A DNA stretch of 64,000 bases from an uncultured Alphaproteobacteria bacterium. Its GTDB lineage: Bacteria > Pseudomonadota > Alphaproteobacteria > RF32 > CAG-239. The notes beneath the pieces were generated by a model that saw only the letters and a program-made list of their open reading frames with translations, had not been told where the DNA came from and made no database searches. Where the stretch lies: contig CALXUO010000049.1 of NCBI GenBank assembly GCA_944391695.1, positions 127-64,126 on the forward strand, read 5' to 3'. Each line of letters begins with the position of its first letter. The stretch's first letter is position 1. Shown in pieces: positions 59,671 through 64,000 of this stretch. The position numbers were made by a program, and so were the translations under genes.

Positions 59671-61002
59671 GTGCTGGAAGAAGCAAAACTTTTAGATGAT
59701 GATTATGATGACGGGGCAGGAAAAAGGTCTTGGGGTACCTCTATAAGTATTAGTGGTATTTCCTATGCTACCAGTTTGTTCTGGCAACCGCTACAAAACA
59801 CCAGCGATTATCTGCAAGAAGTTGAAGAGGCTTCTAACAGTATTTTGGAGGGGGCTGATTTATTTTGTATTAAGGGCGGAAAAGCTCCTCAATTTGGTAT
59901 TTGCGTTTCTCATGAAGGATATAGGAGCGGCGAGCTTGTTGCAGCGGTTTCTTTAGCGACTGCTTTGTCAAACGTGTCGTCTTTTGTTGCCGTATTTAAG
60001 ACCAGAGAAGGCTGGTGGTACACTTGCGTACGTAATGATATCATCTTGTCTGACGGTGATATGCTGTTTTTGACCGAAGAAGAGGCTAAAAACCAATTCT
60101 TGTCGATGATGGCCGTGCCTGATTGGGGCAAAAAAATTGCCCCGAAAGAATGGGGAATCGAAGATACCGAAGAAATAGACGTAGAAGATCTTTTGTCCCG
60201 AGGTGCAAAAGTTAAGCTACAAAAAATAAAAGGGCTGCGCGGATCTAAATTGATTTTGGTTATTGTCATTTCGGCGATTGTTGGTTTATGGTTGGTTTCG
60301 AGCTTAATTGATAAGCTGTTTTTTACTCCGGTAAAAAGACCAGTGGTGGTTCCAGTAAGGCCTAAGGTTGTTCAGCAGGTTGAAGTTAAAGAGGTGCCTA
60401 AACCTTGGGAAAAAGTTAAGAATCCGCAACAATTTATGCAAAACTGTTTCCAAGGAATAACCCAGCTGGTTACTATTATGCCTCCGGGATGGAATATAGG
60501 CTCGGTCAGTTGTGCGAATAATTCCGTGGCAACTTCTTGGCAAAGACAAGTCGGGCAAATGTCTTGGATGGAGACAGCTTTGAAAAATTCCGGATTACAA
60601 TTCAGCGGATATTCATTTGATGTTACGGGCAATACTTTGACGGCGTCTTTACCTTTGAATCCGGTGGAGGTGCTTTCTTCGCCTCCGGACAGGCAAATGA
60701 TTGATTTGAGAAACACCATCAATGATCAGTTTCAATCTTTGGGGTTGCCGATTACTTTGACGGAGAGTTCAATTACAACTCAAGTTCAGGCTCCGCAAAC
60801 TGTTGCTAAGGGGCCGGCAGCACGGAGAGCAGCCAGCGCACCTATAACTTTTAGAATGTTGAAATTCACATTTGACTCACCACACAATCCATTAGTTTGG
60901 TTGCCGTTGTTAACAAAATATTCAGGTCTTGATTTTAATATGATTACATATTCTCCAAGCGGAGACGTTTGGCATTATGAGGGAGTTATCTATGTTCTAT
61001 GA
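59671..61002 (+). CDS. pilO: PilO-like type IVb pilus biogenesis protein
   Basis: 443 aa with a GTG start after GGAG and one central TM helix 'LILVIVISAIVGLWLVSSLI'. The size and the position between the secretin and pilP/pilQ match R64 PilO and PAPI-1 PilO2. The family call rests mainly on synteny. Confidence 0.5.
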   Translation: MLEEAKLLDDDYDDGAGKRSWGTSISISGISYATSLFWQPLQNTSDYLQEVEEASNSILEGADLFCIKGGKAPQFGICVSHEGYRSGELVAAVSLATALSNVSSFVAVFKTREGWWYTCVRNDIILSDGDMLFLTEEEAKNQFLSMMAVPDWGKKIAPKEWGIEDTEEIDVEDLLSRGAKVKLQKIKGLRGSKLILVIVISAIVGLWLVSSLIDKLFFTPVKRPVVVPVRPKVVQQVEVKEVPKPWEKVKNPQQFMQNCFQGITQLVTIMPPGWNIGSVSCANNSVATSWQRQVGQMSWMETALKNSGLQFSGYSFDVTGNTLTASLPLNPVEVLSSPPDRQMIDLRNTINDQFQSLGLPITLTESSITTQVQAPQTVAKGPAARRAASAPITFRMLKFTFDSPHNPLVWLPLLTKYSGLDFNMITYSPSGDVWHYEGVIYVL

Positions 61003-62320
61003 TAAGAAAAATATTTTATTAATTATGTCATCTTGCATTTTAGCTTTTGCAGCTAATCCTGTGAACGCACAAGGATTGGTTTCTTTGTCGGAAGAGGCAA
61101 TGTTTGATGACGGATTGGAAACGTCTCCGGAAGTGCCTGATATTGAGGCTAAAAAATCTACTGAGGCAGACGCTTCGGTGCCAATTGCCGCAGCATCGGC
61201 ATCCGCTGGCGCTGACGCTAAATCCGAGACTTCGGTTATTACTACGCCTAAAACGGCTCCTAAAGCAAATGTTTTCGAAAGTCAATCTCTTTCCTCGGAT
61301 ATTGAAGACACCTCCGCAATTAATTTGTTCGGAAATTCCGGTGATGATGAAGCTTTGATAGATAAAGATTTGTTTACTCAGATGTCGGAATTAGAAAAAC
61401 GCACGGCTTTGCTTAACTTGGAGTTGCGCAGGGAAAAACTGCAAAATGATATTGAAGCCGTTAAGAATCAGAGACGACAAGCTATACAGCAAGAACAAGA
61501 AAGGATTGAAGCGCAGCGGTTGAAGAATCTTAAATTGGAAAAAGAGCAAGAGCAGAAGGTGTTGGTTGAACAACAGAAACTACGTGATTTGGATATCCAG
61601 TTTGAGAAATTACGTCAAGAGAAGGTGCTGACCGCTTATAAAAATCAGATGTTGGAAGAAAATCAGAGATGGATTGAGCATAATGCCAGTTTTTATAAAC
61701 AAATTGCCGCTTTGCAGCAATCTAAAAAAGACCTAATTTCAGAAAATAAGAAAAAAATGGAAACCTTGCAAAAAGAAGCCTTGGAAGCAAGTAAAGCTTA
61801 TAATAAGACCATCGAAAATCACAAACGCGAGGTTAGAGATTTGCAATCTCAGATTTCGGTCTTGAGAAATCGTATCAAGACTGTGGAACAGGAAAATGAA
61901 GAGATGAAAAAGAATCCGTTTGCCAATGCCGAAGGTGCTGTTTCGACAAGGGTTGATGAGATGGTTTCGGAAAAAAGCGGTAAATTTGATGATGAACCAG
62001 TGGAGACTGATTTGTCTAAATTGTATGCAGTTACAGAAATCAGAGGTCAAGGCAATGAGTTGATTGCTAAATTGATAAACAAAAATGGTACAACTTTCTA
62101 TGTAAAGAAAGGGACGGCTTTGCAATCAGGGCATATTATCGGAGATATTACTACAACTTATGTTACAGCTGAAAAAGATGGTGCCCCGACTTATTTATAC
62201 TTTGCTGCGGGCGGTATTGTTCCGGTTGAAACTACCGGATTTGAACTTGAGTCACAAACGCAAGATACAGTAAGTAAAAAAGAGCAAGCTATTGCTGCTC
62301 CGGTAGCTGGATCGTTGTAA
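60992..62320 (+). CDS. pilP: PilP-like type IVb pilus protein with an inserted coiled coil
   Basis: ATG at 60992 follows GAGGGAG. The signal peptide is 'ILLIMSSCILAFAANPVNAQ'. A long E/K/Q coiled coil follows. The C-terminus 'LYAVTEIRGQGNELIAKLINKNGTTFYVKKGTALQSGHIIGDIT' fits the PilP beta-domain pattern. Confidence 0.55.
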   Translation: MFYDKKNILLIMSSCILAFAANPVNAQGLVSLSEEAMFDDGLETSPEVPDIEAKKSTEADASVPIAAASASAGADAKSETSVITTPKTAPKANVFESQSLSSDIEDTSAINLFGNSGDDEALIDKDLFTQMSELEKRTALLNLELRREKLQNDIEAVKNQRRQAIQQEQERIEAQRLKNLKLEKEQEQKVLVEQQKLRDLDIQFEKLRQEKVLTAYKNQMLEENQRWIEHNASFYKQIAALQQSKKDLISENKKKMETLQKEALEASKAYNKTIENHKREVRDLQSQISVLRNRIKTVEQENEEMKKNPFANAEGAVSTRVDEMVSEKSGKFDDEPVETDLSKLYAVTEIRGQGNELIAKLINKNGTTFYVKKGTALQSGHIIGDITTTYVTAEKDGAPTYLYFAAGGIVPVETTGFELESQTQDTVSKKEQAIAAPVAGSL

Positions 62321-62331
62321 TGGATTAGTTG

Positions 62332-64000
62332 ATGGCAGATGAAAATGAAAAAGCCGAGGATACTCAAGCGGCAGCATCCGGTGCGGATGTGGATGCCGAA
62401 AGTGGGGCTGTGTCTTCGGCTCAGCTAGTTGCGGCAGCAAAAAAGGAAAGTGAAACCGAGGATAATCCATCAGAAAAACAATCTATTACCGAAGTTTATT
62501 TTTCTAATGGAAATAGATTATTGACTTTGCCGGGGTCTTCGTTGGCAGTAAATGATGATACCAGGCGTTTGTTGGCTTTGTTTTCCGACGGTCGCTTTTT
62601 GGTGGTTGAAACTCACAAATTTGACGGACGTGTTTTAAGTTTTGAAGTTTTGGCCAGAAAGAAAAAACTGGCAATTGCCAAACCGATTTATGTTTCGCAA
62701 AACGAATTAAACGCCATATATTCTATTGGTGAACGCGCACAAGCTGCCGAAGAAGTTTCGGCCGATACAGAGCTTGATCAACTACAGATGCAGAAAGACT
62801 TTGTTAACGTGGTAGCGCGTGCCGCGAGCCGCAAAGTTTCTGATATTCATGTTGTGGTTGCAGGCAGTACAACAATTATGTTCCGTGTTAACGGCATGAT
62901 GCAGGTTGAGATGGAATACAATAAAGAGTGGGGTGAATCTTTTGTGCGTGCGGCTTTTGCCTCGGCTGATATTTCGGATTCAAACTATGCCCAAAATGAA
63001 TTCCAAGGAGCACAAAAACTTGGTTCTACACCTTTGCGCGGCTCTAAAGGAAAGCTGATGTTACCGCATAATGTGTTGGCTATTCGTCTACAATTTAATC
63101 CGATTGCTTTTGGTTCGCAATATTTGGTTATGCGATTGTTGTATGCCGATGATAATCCTGATGGCTCGGGTGATTTGACAGCTTTAGGCTTTGGCGAATT
63201 TGAGGAGGATTTATTTTATCGCTTAAGAGCTGTACCGGTAGGTTTGAGTATTATTGCCGGACCTACGGGGTCGGGAAAATCTACTACTTTGCAGAGAAAC
63301 ATGATTAAATTGCTGCAAGAGAAGAATTATGAGCTAAACCTTTTGACGGTGGAAGATCCGCCGGAGTATCCTATCCCTGGGGCGAGACAGATGCCAGTTA
63401 CCAATGCCAACACCGAAGAAGAAAGAGCCGAACAATTTACCAAAGCTCTATCGGCGGCATTGCGATCTGACCCTGATGTGATTATGGTGGGCGAGATCAG
63501 GGCTTTGGCGGCGGCGCAATTGACTTTCCAGGGGGCGCTGTCCGGACACGGAATGTGGTCAACTTTGCATGCTAACTCTGCGCCGGCAATTATTAACCGT
63601 TTTCGTGATATGGGGGTTGAGACATTTAAACTGCTTGACCCTGAGCTTATTAAGGGATTGATATCTCAACGTCTTTTTCGTAAGATTTGTCCGCATTGCC
63701 GCATCTCGGTTAAAGAACGACAAAATGACCCGTCGTTTCAACGTTTGCAAACTGCTTTGGGAGATTTTGGTGTGGAAAACACCTATGTTCGCGGCCCGGG
63801 GTGTAAATTTTGCAATAACACCGGTATTAAAGGGCGTATGTGTGTGCCGGAAATTATTTTGCCGGACGCAACATTTTTGGAATTGATGATTAAAGGCGAG
63901 ACCAGAAAAGCAATTGATTATTGGACATCTGATCTGAACGGACGCACATTAAAAGAAGCGGCCATGGAGCGAATGCTTAAGGGCTTTATTGATTTGGACG
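62332..64000 (+). CDS. pilQ: PilQ/GspE-family type IVb pilus assembly ATPase (3' end beyond the window)
   Basis: Not in the ORF track because there is no stop within the window. My own translation from the ATG at 62332 stays open to 64000. It gives the Walker A 'IIAGPTGSGKSTTLQ', the Asp box 'RSDPDVIMVGEIR', the His box 'SGHGMWSTLHAN', and the tetra-Cys motif 'CPHC...CKFCNNTGIKGR'. Confidence 0.85.
   Translation, partial: MADENEKAEDTQAAASGADVDAESGAVSSAQLVAAAKKESETEDNPSEKQSITEVYFSNGNRLLTLPGSSLAVNDDTRRLLALFSDGRFLVVETHKFDGRVLSFEVLARKKKLAIAKPIYVSQNELNAIYSIGERAQAAEEVSADTELDQLQMQKDFVNVVARAASRKVSDIHVVVAGSTTIMFRVNGMMQVEMEYNKEWGESFVRAAFASADISDSNYAQNEFQGAQKLGSTPLRGSKGKLMLPHNVLAIRLQFNPIAFGSQYLVMRLLYADDNPDGSGDLTALGFGEFEEDLFYRLRAVPVGLSIIAGPTGSGKSTTLQRNMIKLLQEKNYELNLLTVEDPPEYPIPGARQMPVTNANTEEERAEQFTKALSAALRSDPDVIMVGEIRALAAAQLTFQGALSGHGMWSTLHANSAPAIINRFRDMGVETFKLLDPELIKGLISQRLFRKICPHCRISVKERQNDPSFQRLQTALGDFGVENTYVRGPGCKFCNNTGIKGRMCVPEIILPDATFLELMIKGETRKAIDYWTSDLNGRTLKEAAMERMLKGFIDLD

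Overview
This is a 64-kb AT-rich window (about 40% GC by eye, not computed). It is most likely chromosomal DNA from a host-associated alphaproteobacterium. The evidence for that is the XerD N-terminus 'FLNMMAAERGAATNT', several Rickettsiales-vir-homolog (rvh)-like traits, and a decaying mtnN gene. All family assignments come from motif recognition by eye; no BLAST or HMM search was possible.

The window is dominated by one very large, co-directional minus-strand VirB-type type IV secretion (T4SS) locus at about 2.1-48.8 kb. Read in the direction of transcription, it contains:
- three tandem VirB2-like pilin genes, one of them a 1486-aa giant with the pilin hairpin buried in its middle
- virB3 and virB4
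- six signal-peptide-bearing coiled-coil, low-complexity repeat proteins of unknown family
- virB8, a virB7-like lipoprotein gene, a second virB8, and a virB9 fused to a C-terminal SPOR-like domain
- a 1099-aa repeat protein and a 1681-aa virB10 carrying the same repeat
- virB11
- four unknown genes, one encoding a secretin-like lipoprotein
- a divergent double-HTH XRE regulator
- a small membrane protein gene followed by four tandem VirB6-like genes

I recognise no VirD4, VirB1 or relaxase anywhere in the window.

A 4.4-kb housekeeping block follows: ROK kinase, luxS, apt, an mtnN pseudogene, aroK and xerD. It separates the main locus from a fifth VirB6-like gene and from an R64/PAPI-1-type type IVb pilus cluster (pilL-N-O-P-Q) that runs off the right edge.

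The two virB6 promoter regions share a conserved block of about 50 nt plus a palindrome. Many of the surface or periplasmic genes carry near-identical in-frame tandem DNA repeats.
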